Source of the DNA: Octopus sinensis
Taxonomy: Eukaryota
NCBI RefSeq assembly: GCF_006345805.1
Contig: NC_043010.1
Location: forward strand, 3,472,001 to 3,536,000
Direction: 5' to 3'
Length of the DNA stretch: 64,000 nt
Shown: positions 51,226 to 63,147 of the stretch, piece by piece
Layout of the letters: every line of letters starts with the position of its first letter
Position numbering within the stretch: the first letter of the stretch is position 1
Position numbers and translations under genes: made by a program
The notes under the pieces: generated by a model
Seen by the model: the letters and a program-made list of their open reading frames with translations, nothing else
What the model was told of the DNA's origin: nothing
Database searches by the model: none

Positions 51226-51650
51226 CAAGTAAAGTTAATCGTCACATCAGTATAGCTTTTCAATGTTGCTACTCGTCAGCTGGCTATAAGTGCACTTCGC
51301 ACCCCGTACATATATATTACCAGCAGGGGAGCGAAACCTTACCATCCTCCAGCAGACGACAGGATCGCGAGGCCGATTCAGTTTCGAGCTAGTTTGTTCA
51401 TCCTCAGTCACGACAATGAGATAGCTCGAGTCCCCTCCAGCAAGCAATATACAGTAAACAAAGCGACTATCGTTGTAAAATCTCAATAAGAGATGAGAGT
51501 AGTAACTAAGCGACCATCGGTCACAAGTAAAGTAAATCGCCACATCAGTATGGTCGTTCAGTGATACTAGTAATGTATTACCGAAGCGGAGTTCGGAGTA
51601 TTACGGTGAACAATGATCATCAGACCTCGATCGCAAGAACTGAACCGAAA
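51226..51650 (-). mobile_element. CpG-rich element with 28-bp direct repeats 298 bp apart and a hammerhead-type fold (pseudo-LTR or retrozyme-like)
   Basis: caagtaaagttaatcgtcacatcagtat (51226-51253) versus caagtaaagtaaatcgccacatcagtat (51524-51551); abuts (TA)n. Confidence 0.5.
51364..51414 (-). ncRNA. Degenerate type I hammerhead fold
   Basis: GUCGUGA CUGAGGA U GAAC-AAACUA-GCUC GAAA CUG-AAU-CGG CC UCGCGAU; 7-bp stem I; GCC in place of GUC at the cleavage triplet. Confidence 0.5.
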
Positions 51651-51914
51651 AAGGTAGAAGACACAGGGAAAGGTTAGGAGAAGAACAAAAAGAAATAATA
51701 TAAATTAGAAATAAAGATGGGATACTGAGGAAGGATGAGAACTGGAGTTAGAAAATGTATGGCATATGAGAAAGCATGACCGAAGAGAATAAACAAGATT
51801 TCCCAGAAATTAATCAAAGGATTATGAAGGAAATGACAAGATATTCCCGAGTGGGGAAACGTTTATGGTTAACACTGTAAAGCAACATGGGTCTTAGAAT
51901 TCCCACTGGTGCTC

Positions 51915-52022
51915 CTCACACACACGCACACACACTCACACACACACACACTCACACACACACACACATACACAGACACACACAAACACACACGCGCACA
52001 CACGCACACATACACACACACA

Positions 52023-52063
<41 letters not shown>

Positions 52064-52065
52064 GC
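51915..52065. repeat. (CA)n microsatellite
   Basis: Visible directly. Confidence 0.95.
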
Positions 52066-53445
52066 ACAATTTACTTGCTAAATTTTCCTTTTACAATCTA
52101 CTAGATTTTGGAAAATTTTGTGCAGTTATTTTTATGAAGATTATTCGGCAACCTTGCTCTGAATTACTTTTGCTGCAATATTCCTGAGAAATGCATGCGT
52201 ATTACATTTATTATTATCTTTTAACTATAAATCTGAAGCCTTCTCTATCTATACAAGAATTTTATGTTATATATTTTCCTACCATTTTGAAAATCGATAT
52301 TCTCTTTTCACTGGATTACACACAAGCTTTTCTTTATTAATTTGCATTTATAAACACAAAAAAAATATTCCGTCAGTTTTGTCCTTATTATTTTAAACCC
52401 AGGGATTCTCTCATTTACATTATTATTTTTTTTTACATATTTGTTTGTCTTCTCTCTGTCTATGAAAGCTGGCTCCATTAATGAGCTGTCGGCTTTTAAA
52501 GGAAATTTGATTCCAATATGTAGACGGAGTGTTTTTAAATGCATCAGTAATATTTTTAGTGAAAGGGGAAAAAATCTATTCAAAAATTCACTTTTCATCT
52601 CTTGTCTGAATTAATAAAAGCACTAAAGTATAATTTATTATAAGCGATAGATTCTTATTATAGAAAAAAAAAATTATTGTTTATTTAATTTTCGATATAA
52701 AATAACAATTTAAAAAAAAATTCATTCACAACCATTATAGAGGAAGGAAAATTGGGATTATGTGACATTAATTCCGTTCTCTTCAAATAAAAACTAGGTT
52801 ATGAGTTCAGATGGACATGAACTTTTACCTCCCAGTAAAGTTGTAGAAATATTTACCCTTCTTTGACGATGAACAGCAGCTTGAAGAGGTAAATATATTT
52901 TTTTTCATTCTACATATTTGTTTGTATTTTAATTACTAATGCCACCCGTTTTATGTCAAAGAATTACATATTGGATATTTCGTTCTGGAGCTACATGAAA
53001 GTGAAAGTAGGTTACTTGTCAAAATGTGTGTTCTGGAGCAAGAACTAAGTTTTTGTTTTTCTTCTAGAAAAAGAAACTAAGGAACGAAAGTGAAACTGTG
53101 GTTATTACAGTGCCAGCTAGATATTATCTAGCATCCAACCTGACGTTCTTGTTCTAATAAATACTTAGTAATTACGTTCATAAAGTATGGGAACAAATCA
53201 TGGCTACCCAAGTGTATCGAATGTACAGAATATATCTGGTTATTTTACAGCGAAATTTTGATTTGGTTTGAGGTAAAGATTCAAAGCTCACTGAAGACTC
53301 CATATCTTACAAGTGGAAGCAGTTGTGACAAGAAATTGTCAATGCGAATAGAAGCATTTTGCACATGAAAACAGATGAAGTATTGAATGGGAAACAATCT
53401 ATTTTTGAGAAAGTAAATACTTTCACGTTAAAATACCCAGGAAAG

Positions 53446-53776
53446 CAGACGATGGAGAAATGTCACTTCGTTGCAGCTGTTTTTTTTTTACGCATTTTAA
53501 ATAGAAGAACGAGTACATTACAACATTGCAAAAACTGTAACCATCAGATGAAACATATAATTTCAAGAACACAGTTGGAACATGGCCGAAGCCTGCCAAA
53601 TTTGACCATGGTTTTTCATGGTCAGCTTCGGCTGGTTTTGGGGCATGTTCCCACTGTGTTCTCCTATTGTTTTCAAATTATATGTTTACGGTTTTTGCAA
53701 TGTTGTAATGTACTCATTCCTCTATTCAAAATGCGTAAGAAACAGCTGTAACGAACTAATATTTCTCCATCGTCTG
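53446..53776. repeat. 331-bp imperfect fold-back (palindromic) element
   Basis: cagacgatggagaaat / atttctccatcgtctg termini; gagtacattacaacattgcaaaaac / gtttttgcaatgttgtaatgtactc; centre tgaccatg-gttttt-catggtca. Confidence 0.88.
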
Positions 53777-53790
53777 TTATTATTCATTTG

Positions 53791-53828
<38 letters not shown>

Positions 53829-53829
<1 letters not shown>

Positions 53830-54221
53830 TTTTCTCTTTCTCTTTTACTTGTTTCAGTCATTTGACTGCGGCCATGCTGGAGCACCGCCTTTAATCGAGC
53901 AAATCGACCCCGGGACTTATTCTTTGTAAGCCCAGTACTTATTCTATCGGTCTCTTTTTTGCCAAACCGCTAAGTTACGGGGACGTAAACACATCAGCAT
54001 CGGTTGTCAAGCAATGCTAAGGGGACAAACACAGACACACAAACACATACACACACATACATATATACGACAGGCTTCTTTCAGTTTCCGTCTACCAAAT
54101 CCACTCACAAGGCATTGGTCGGCCCGGGTCTATAGCAGAAGACACTTGCCCAAGATGCCATGCAGTGGGACTGAACCCGGAACCATGTGGTTGGTTAGCA
54201 AGCTACTTACCACACAGCCAC
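53829..54221 (-). mobile_element. SINE, family A
   Basis: Near-complete reverse-complement match. Confidence 0.92.
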
Positions 54222-54244
54222 ATATCACGTATATATATATATAA

Positions 54245-54542
54245 CGTGACCGACCAGTCCATCAGATATAGTTACACATCGCTGGTCACAATGTGTTCGC
54301 ATTGTTTTAGCCTTCGAATGACGCCACCCCGCTGGCTAAGCGAGCAGGCCAACAGAAGAAGGAGTGGGAGAAAGAGTGGTGAAAGAGTACAGCAGGGATC
54401 ACCACCATCCCCTGCCGGAGCCTCGTGGAGCTTTTAGGTATTTTCGCTCAATAAACACTCACAACGCCCGGTCTGGGAATCGAAACCGCGATCCTACGAC
54501 CGCGAGTCCGCTGCCCTAACCACTGGGCCATTGCGCCTCCAC
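54245..54542 (-). mobile_element. Full-length SINE, family B head with tail type iii
   Basis: Complete head ggaggcgcaatggcccagtggttagggcagcggactcgcgg. Confidence 0.9.
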
Positions 54543-54568
54543 ACACATACACACACACACACACACAC

Positions 54569-54614
<46 letters not shown>

Positions 54615-54628
54615 CGTATATATATATG

Positions 54629-54662
<34 letters not shown>

Positions 54663-54765
54663 ATGTATATATATATGTATATATATATGTATATATATAT
54701 GTATATATATATATATATATATAATATATATATATATATAATATATTATATATATATATATATAT
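54543..54765. repeat. (CA)n/(TA)n/(TATG)n microsatellite
   Basis: Visible directly. Confidence 0.95.
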
Positions 54766-57109
54766 GCGTGCCTGGTTCCTTCCTTATGATCGTTTCAGTC
54801 TCTTTATCTTCCATCTCCCCAGTTACGCAACTGTTATTTCAAGCAAACATTAAGCACTCTCGAAACATGTTCGTCTGAACACTTGTTGAAGGAGCTAGTT
54901 TTCACAGGAACATCTATACATCCGTGAAGTTTTGCTGTAAGTTAAATATATACTTATTCCCTACTTCTAAGGTTCATTCTTTGCCTCTGTTTATCTCACA
55001 CTGACATTGACTACATCTTCAAATAATTTTAAATTTAGTTGGAGAATGAATTCATGGCTCGTTTAGATGAATCATATGCCTTGTGAGCTTCTTGTGTTGA
55101 GTTATATAGACATATACACCCTATCACAATTACATACAGATGTGAATAATACACACGCGTATTTGTATATGACATATACTCAGACATATACGTCATTTCA
55201 AATGTCGTCTGCTATCTGTTTGCATAAAGAAAGAAGCATTTTCTATTATACAAAGATGCTGTTTTTCATTATTTTTAATAGCATTTGAAGAAAAAAATGT
55301 TTGAATAAATCACATTAATGAAAATATATGCTAAATCACTTACGTAAATCACAAGAATTTCTTTCCAGTAATAACTAATGTTGCATATCTTACACGTAGT
55401 CGAGTCTTTTCACAATGGCGTCTTAAAAATTGTTATTTGTGAAGAAAGATGTTTATCTTTTCATAACCAAATATTTATTCTAGTCAAGAAATTCAGTTAT
55501 TAGCTTTGGCTAATCTGTCACTAGGCTTTAAATATTTATTGGCTTGTTCAATATTTTCTTTTCAAACTTATCTCTTCTAACCGATTCAAGTTGAGCAAGC
55601 TAAATAAATGTCGTCTGTGACGCCAGCTCCAGTTTTAATGCTGCTGGAATTTTTATTTTATTTTATTTTCACTGTTTCCTTATGATAGATAACTTGATAT
55701 TTTTATCAGTTAATTTTGTAAGAGTTATTATATTTGATTTGATTTATACTGGTAATTTCATTTGCTTGTGCTTCACTGTTTATCGATAACACATTATGCA
55801 TTTCTCTTGTTCTCTTCCGATACTTGTTTCAAAGCGAATATTTTTAGAAATAGGGTTTTATATGTATAAAAATGATTGCATCGGTTTACGGTTTGTGGCT
55901 TGGCTATCAGAGATATACTGTTGTTATAAATATCTCACATGAAAATGTACAAACGATTTTCTCTGAATATATATATGGATTCTTAAATGAAGTGATTTTT
56001 AGGTCACGAAATTGTAAGTCTACAATAATACTGATTAAAATGATCTATACAGGCTTTCGTATATTATTAGCATTCAATAATGTATCGGATGTCTGCTGAT
56101 ATATCATCTCAATGATCTTTCATAGACTTTATTAATCACTGAATAGAAGTTTGCTCTTCACCAGTCGAGTTCGCGACCTATTCGATCCCAGGCCATTAGT
56201 ATTTCCATCTAACTTCACTTATGTCACTTAGGAAAAGATATTAGCTTCACACAATACTATTATTCTTGTCTTTCTATTAATCGGAGGATGTGCAACCATA
56301 AATAAAATCAATGTGTCATTGAGATTCAAAAACATCTTCGAACATATATTTGTACTGACGAAAAACCAATGCAATCGGCCGGCTTGCCTGCTAAAAATAA
56401 TTATCAAATGTCTAAAAAGAAAAAGAAAAAAAGCAACAAAAACAGATTGGGATAATGTAATTTTAGTTCTACTCTATGTTCTGAGATAAAGGCAGGATGA
56501 TCACGGCAGGGACGGTTTTAGTCATAGGCCTCTTTGATGAAGACAAAATTAGATGAACTGAACAATGAGAGAGCTTCAATACTGTCCCCTTGATCACCTT
56601 GAGATAAACAGTCAAATGTCACTCACATCACACCTGTTAATAGCATAGTCTTAGATGCAGTGAAAAGAAAAAGCAGGATCTTCACAACTGTACTGAAAAG
56701 AAACTGGAAGCAGGTGTGTAACTCCAGTGTTAGTTACCCAGCTATCAATGCAGCTCTCCAACAGAGAAAAGGTCTAAAAGATGCTTGGAATTATCAGTGG
56801 GTGGGTGGGTGGGCATCTTGTCTCGAAGCAAGACTAAGGAGAAACAAGTTGCACTGAAGGCCTCTGTTTGCAACCCTCACATTTAAATCCAGTGAAGAAT
56901 ACATCAGAATGCTTTTTATCATTTGTCTGGTCAATTAGAGATTAAAACAGGGCTCAACAACAACTGTAAAAGTTATGCATTGTTACAGAGGTGCATAACA
57001 TAGATTGCCAAATCTATCAACCAAGCTACAATTGGCCACAAGGTAAGTTAATGATGGATTCTCTCTGTAGTCTCTTAACCTGCTAGAAATATTGTCTTCA
57101 ATGAAAAAT

Positions 57110-57450
57110 ATATTACACCATGTAGTCTATAGTAAATAAGGAAGTCATAGCTGAAATACTTTTGCTTGTCCAGGACTAATTTGCAGCTAAACAACATTTT
57201 ACATTGGTTCATAACATTAATTTGGAGAGGGAAAATCTCTGTCTAGTTTACTTGTTCTCTAGATATATTTCATTGCACAATGTAGTCTCTGGGTCACAAG
57301 CAAAACAGAATAGTCACAGCTGAAACACACTCTGATAACAGGTTTGCTTGACCAGATCTGACTTGTTAGCTAAACAACTGATGTTGACTAACTCCTTGGA
57401 AGGGGAAGATGTCAGTCATATTTTACATGCAATCTAGATACATTTCATAT
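57110..57450 (+). repeat. Old tandem duplication, unit about 170 bp
   Basis: Colinear pairs gtca(t/c)agctgaaa (57144/57313), agctaaacaac and tctagata(t/c)atttcat (57258/57433). Confidence 0.7.
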
Positions 57451-58022
57451 AGTGTTAAAATGTGGTTGATTAAACCAATTTTTTTTACAAAAGTTTGCTT
57501 GGCAAACGTTTTTTGGGGCCATATTGGAAATGTCTTTGTCTTAAAGATCAATGTAGGTGAAAAATGAAACTATGATTGCACAACATCATAGAAACAGCTT
57601 GTCTTTTGAATTACTTTGATACATGTTATTAAAGGAGTATATTACACTGTTAGTGTCAAATAAATGTTTTGAGGTATTTGGTTATGGCTACTTTCTAAGT
57701 TTAGTTCCTGCTGACGTCAACTTTTCATCCCTACAGGGTTTATGAAATATAATAGTAGTCAAGTATTAAGACCAGTATAATTGACTAATTGAATCTCCTC
57801 AAAATTGCTTGCCTTTGAATTTATTATTGGAGGAGTATGTACTTATGTAATCTTCCAAAGAGAGCTATGAATATTTTTGAGTGGTGACAGTCAAAATATT
57901 CTCAGAATTGTGGGTCAAAAGTTTTGGTTCTTGTAACCAAAACTTGTAACAAGTGGCAATCAGTTAATACAGTCTTACAAATGGATTTAACATACTTCAT
58001 CTTCGAAAATACCTTCATATAA

Positions 58023-58161
58023 ATTACGGAGATGTACTCGCATAGCAAGTGATTTGATCTGAGATCATGTGCTGGAACGAAAACAATTGCAGTGTGGAAG
58101 GTGTTTGTAAGCCATTTAAGAAACACACAAAAGCCGTTCGATTCACTTCAACATTTAAGTT
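58023..58161 (-). mobile_element. Second, truncated copy of the 40516-40720 element
   Basis: About 97% match by eye to 40516-40654; ends just before the hammerhead fold. Confidence 0.85.
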
Positions 58162-58299
58162 GCTTCATATAAATAAATACTATCAAATGCTGAAACCTGA
58201 TTCTGAGAAAAGGATTTTTAAAAAAAGTATATCCTTTGCCTGGAAAGCATTTATAAAGGATAATTAACAGGTCCCTTTTGTATTGGTCATTTAATATGT

Positions 58300-59850
58300 C
58301 ATTTGACTGCAGTTTGTAACTTAAAGATCTGTTTTTGATAATGCAATGAAATGAATATTATAAGATTGCCAATGCTTTCACATTTCATCAGAATCTGAAA
58401 AATATGGTTGAAACTGTAGCTTGAGATTGGTGAAAATGTCTTGAATAAATTTGAAAGGAAATAGAGAATTTGCTTCTTCATTGTCCTTTTCCACAGAGGG
58501 AGAGTGGTTGAAGTTACCTATCATCAACTAAAAGAAACAAAAGGTTAATTTATGTTGCAAAGTATTCACTATAGAGTATATGTCACATGTAAGCTCAGAA
58601 ATCAGCTTGTGATCTGAAATTGAACTCATTAAGCGGCTTTATTAAAGCAGCTAAGAATGCTAGTTCCACAATCATTCACCTTTGGCAAGTAGCAGCTGAA
58701 TGAGATTATTCTCATTCAAAAAATACCAATCTCCATCTAAAATTCAAAAAGATATGAGATAACTTTTCTGCTACTAAACCATTTTGCAGCAGTGTTATCG
58801 CAAATAGCTACAATCTGCTTCTATTTTTTTCCAAAAATGTTAAAAAATAGTGATAACTGAGTGCGTATGATGAAAAAATCTTCTCTGTTGATATGGCTTG
58901 TTCTATCTCATGATCTCAATGTTTTACATGAAGTGTCTGTTGATAAATGATATCTGGAAATGCTATAGGTTTTGTACCTCCCATTCTGTTACAAACCTTC
59001 TATAAACCAACAAGAAAGTATCAACATGTCTGTCTGACCTGCTTGAAATATCAGCCAAATATCTCTTAAATTACATCTTTACTGTCTTTGAAGAAAAAAA
59101 TAAAGAACATGTTGGATAAGAATTCAAGATCCCTGCACTTAAGAACAGTTTCAGTTGGGATATATTTGATCATTGGACTTGGGGGAGCTAAGCAATAACT
59201 AAGTTTGTATACTTGCCTAACAAAACCTACTCCCCCCACCATCTGTTGTAATATACTTTAGACATTTCCAAAACCAATTGAACATAGTCAGTGCTTTCTC
59301 TATCTCTTTGAAAGTGTCTTCACAAGTAGTTCTTTCATACAGGCTGCTCACTGAAGTTAGTTCTTCTATCACTCCAATGTTAACATTAATTTCCTGAATG
59401 AACAATAGCAACTGAATTGTCAGACACATCTGTTGATTCATAAAGAGCTTGAGAAAGCCACTGGAAATCTAGTGCTTAATTGTTTAATTGGCATAGGATG
59501 TTGTCTCCTGTGTCTTTGACCCTCCTAGCCACTGTTTTCTTTCTTAGCTAACAAATAAGCTTGTCTCAAACCAGCTTTAGTTGCAACATCATTATTAGCA
59601 TATATACTAATGAAGAACTGCTTTTGTGATAAAAAGAGTTTCAAGCCTTCATATTTTTCATAGTGTAGTTTTCCTGTTTGAGAACAATGATAAGAATACT
59701 TTGTTTGCTGATGCTTATGATACATACTAGTCCCACTAAATGTTATGCTCAATGCTTTGTTGTTTCTGTCAGTTACAAAATATTCCTTCACACAATGTCC
59801 TTTTAAAATGCAACATTTCTGTCAATTTCTCAGCTTTTTTATAATGGCAT
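58300..59850 (-). pseudogene. Decayed hAT (SPIN/GTF2IRD2-like) transposase remnant
   Basis: EYFVTDRNNKAL..LSQKQFF..VATKAGLRQAYLLAKKE and IQLLLFIQ..EELTSVSSLYERTTCEDTFKEIEKAL..ITTDG match the SPIN-type motif order; heavily disrupted; boundaries approximate. Confidence 0.65.
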
Positions 59851-60209
59851 TATGACTAATATATATAATATATATGAGTGTAATAAGACCTCTTAAAATG
59901 TAAGTGGACAAATAGCTGATTTGAGTATGTGCTGCTTTTGAGAATGTTATTGTCATAGAATGAACAGATACTCAAGCTTTCAGGTACTGAGTTTAAAATA
60001 TTTTTCCTAAGTATTGCTTTGTATAAAGAAAATGGCTGCCCGAGTACAAGTCTTTAACTGGTGACAAACTAAACATGTCATCTGTTTCAATGAGGGAATT
60101 ACAACACATTTAATGACATTGGAATTCAGCATGTGCCATGTATATGATATGATATGAAAGATTAAAATATTTTCAACTAGGGTAAATGGAAGTGAATGTG
60201 GTCTCAGTG

Positions 60210-60420
60210 TACAAAGGGCTGCTGAAAAGTTCCTGGTTTGGGGTAAAAGAAAATTCAGGAGGATCAGTTAATTATGATTTTATTCAGCATATCCTTCTCT
60301 TAGATTCACACACTTATTGCAGCAGTCCTTCAGTTTTCCTAAGCTCTGTAAAAGAACTTGGAAGGCTGGGTCTCCAACCAGGCCGTTGGTGATACCCTTA
60401 ATCCAGGAACTTTGCAGTCT
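60210..60420. mobile_element. Tc1/mariner-type MITE (degenerate)
   Basis: tacaaagggctgctgaaaagttcctggttt versus aatccaggaactttgcagtc; TA-CNAGGG start typical of mariner TIRs. Confidence 0.65.
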
Positions 60421-60989
60421 TCTTTCCTATATGTAGCACCAGTCAGTTTACCAGCTTTTATTAAAAGACAAGTACAGATTCTTGTCACGCTCTTCTTTCT
60501 CTAAGTAGTATATGTTTTTACCTTTCCATTCCTGCTGTGATATAGATTATATGAACAGTTAATTTAAAGTTTTACTCCTGGGGGAATGTAGATTTTTACT
60601 AAGTGAAACAATGTGACTTTTGTTGTCTGTATTTGCATCTAAGGTCACATCCAGATGAAACTTGCTTTAATTTTGATAAGGAAAACAAAAAATATTTGTA
60701 ATCGACATCATGTATTGATTGAAATTAGTGGGCTGGATAAAATTAGGCTGGTGGGCATGGTTGGAGAAACTGAACTTTACTTAGTTTACTGACCCCTGGT
60801 TTAATCCATTTGGTTATCTATTCACCTTGATCAATGTTTTGTTCAAACATTCATACATGCATTATTTATTAAATTTTTCAAAGTTTGTTATGCTGCTAGA
60901 AAAAGTTACCAATGTTTTGGACCACATGTGTAGTGCATGACAGTATAACCATAAACCATATGTATATGTATGTTTCATCTATACAGAGG

Positions 60990-62450
60990 AGACATGGAAA
61001 AAGATACCATGGTGATTGCTTCCTAATTTGGACCAAATCCCTAGAAAATCTAAAAGAATTCAGCACCCTCCTCAACAATCTACACCCTAGTTTCAAATTC
61101 ACAAGAAAAATGAGCAACACACAATTACCATTTCTTGACAGAATGGTAATTAAAAACAACTCCAAAATCACAACTGATTTATATTAGGTACTGGTACCTA
61201 AATTTCAAACATGCCACCCAACACACACAAAAATCAATATCCCATACTGTCTAGCCAGGAAAATTTGTACTATAGTCAATGATCCAGATACCAGAAACAC
61301 ATGACTAATAGAACTCAAAGGATTTCTGCTCAAGCAAAATTATCCTCTCCTACTTAGAGAAAATAGCATACGAGCAAAAGAAATACCTACAGAACAACTT
61401 AGGGCAACACAAAAAAGACAAACCCATCAAAGGAACATAATACCATTTCTAGTAATTCACAATCCACATCACCAAAACCTTTTTAACATCATCAAAACAA
61501 ATTTGCTGATAATAAAACAAAGTGAAAAATTAATAAACATAAGAGGCGCAGGAGTGGCTGTGTGGTAAGTAGCTTGCTAACCAACCACATGGTTCCGGGT
61601 TCAGTCCCACTGCATGGCATCTTGAGCAAGTGTCTTCTGCTATAGCCCCGGGCCGACCAATGCCTTGTGAGTGGATTTGGTAGACGGAAACTGAAAGAAG
61701 CCTGTCGTATATATGTATATATATGTGTGTGTGTTTGTGTTTGTCCCCCTAGCATTGCTTGACAACCAATGCTGGTGTGTTTACATCCCCGTCACTTAGC
61801 GGTTCGGCAAAAGAGACCGATATGATAAGTACTGGGCTTACAAAGAATAAGTCCCGGGGTCGATTTGCTCGACTAAAGGCTGTGCTCCAGCATGGCCACA
61901 GTCAAATGACTGAAACAAGTAAAAGAGTAAAAGAGTAAAGAGTATAATAACTAATCAAACACTTATCTTAAGCAAAAGGCAACCACATAACCTAATGAAA
62001 CTATTAACAAAGGCAAAATTCAACATGAACAAACAGGATAAAGCATTCACAGTATCCAAATGTAATGATAACAGATGTGCAACATATCAATGCATGCATA
62101 CTGTTAGATCCATTAGAATAAAAAAAAAATGGACAGATTTTCGCAAATGCAGATATGAACTGCAAAAGTAGATATCTGATCTACTTCATTAAATGCCCGA
62201 ATTGCGAGGAACTATATATAGGTGAGACAGGGAATGCATTATCAGAATGTTCAGAAGTCCACAGACAACAAATTCAGAAAACCAATGTTCACTAAATTCC
62301 ATCGAGTGAACATATATAAAGATATGTGGTCAGAAAATGTTTCTCATTTTTCCTTTCCATGAACAACATGACAGAAGAGAGGTTAGAAGAAAGATAAAAA
62401 AAAAGCGGTTTATGAAAATGTTCAAATCTGTTCTGTACAGAAACAACAAC
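60990..62450 (+). mobile_element. Decayed Penelope-like element (RT C-terminal half, Cys-rich linker, GIY-YIG) interrupted by a SINE
   Basis: RYHGDCFLIW (decayed YxDD), LNNLHPSFKFT, LPFLD, IPYCLARKICTIV, SKRQP, KCNDNRC and LIYFIKCPNCEELYIGETG. Confidence 0.85.
61545..61943 (+). mobile_element. Full-length SINE, family A
   Basis: Complete match. Confidence 0.92.
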
Positions 62451-62814
62451 AATAATATAACAATCAGCTAATGATGTTGATTAAAAAATATCTCTAATGA
62501 TTATAAATAAATGACAGACTATCAGTAAGCCTGGCAAACCATGATGTTTAAGCTGTATGTGGATTGGTCAAAACTGTATTCTAAAAATTCAGCTTGCTGG
62601 AGCGTTCTAAGAGATACTACAGTTCTCAGGAACTAAACTGTCAGAAATATTTGAAATCTGATGATTACTCTATGTATGAAAGCACTAATTTAACTTTATG
62701 AGCATTACAAAATATTTTTTTAATGTTAAAATACCATAATGAAACATGTGAAAACCAAATCATGTTTTAACTTTATTCAACTGATATACACATTCACACA
62801 AATTTGAAAAAAAT

Positions 62815-62829
62815 GTATGTATATATATA

Positions 62830-62891
<62 letters not shown>

Positions 62892-63030
62892 GTATATATA
62901 TGTGTGTGTGTGTGTGTGCAAATATATATGTGTGTGTGGTGTGTGTGTGTGTATATATATGTGTGTGTGTGTGTGTGCAAATATATATGTGTGTGTGTGT
63001 GTGTGCATGTATATATATATATATGTATAT
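62815..63030. repeat. (TA)n/(TG)n compound microsatellite
   Basis: Visible directly. Confidence 0.95.
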
Positions 63031-63147
63031 ATCATCATCGTGACTGACCAGGCTATCAGATGTTGGTACACATCGCAGGTCACAATGCGCTTCACATTAT
63101 TTTAGCCTTCAAATGACACCACCCCGCAGGCTAAGCGAGCAGGCCAA
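63031..63147 (-). mobile_element. Isolated tail type iii of family B
   Basis: gtgactgaccaggctatcagatgttg..gctaagcgagcaggccaa matches 35400-35520. Confidence 0.85.

Noticed and set aside
52847-52888. Possible 42-nt exon (ag|KYLPFFDDEQQLEE|gtaaat)
   Set aside because: Weak acceptor, no neighbouring exons or homology; cannot be supported without RNA-seq.
54858-54875. CGAAACATGTTC, a hammerhead-like palindromic stem III
   Set aside because: No CUGANGA or variant core upstream.
58362-58397. Minus-strand CTGATGA-AATGT-GAAA
   Set aside because: No stem II is possible, and it lies inside the hAT transposase remnant; likely chance.
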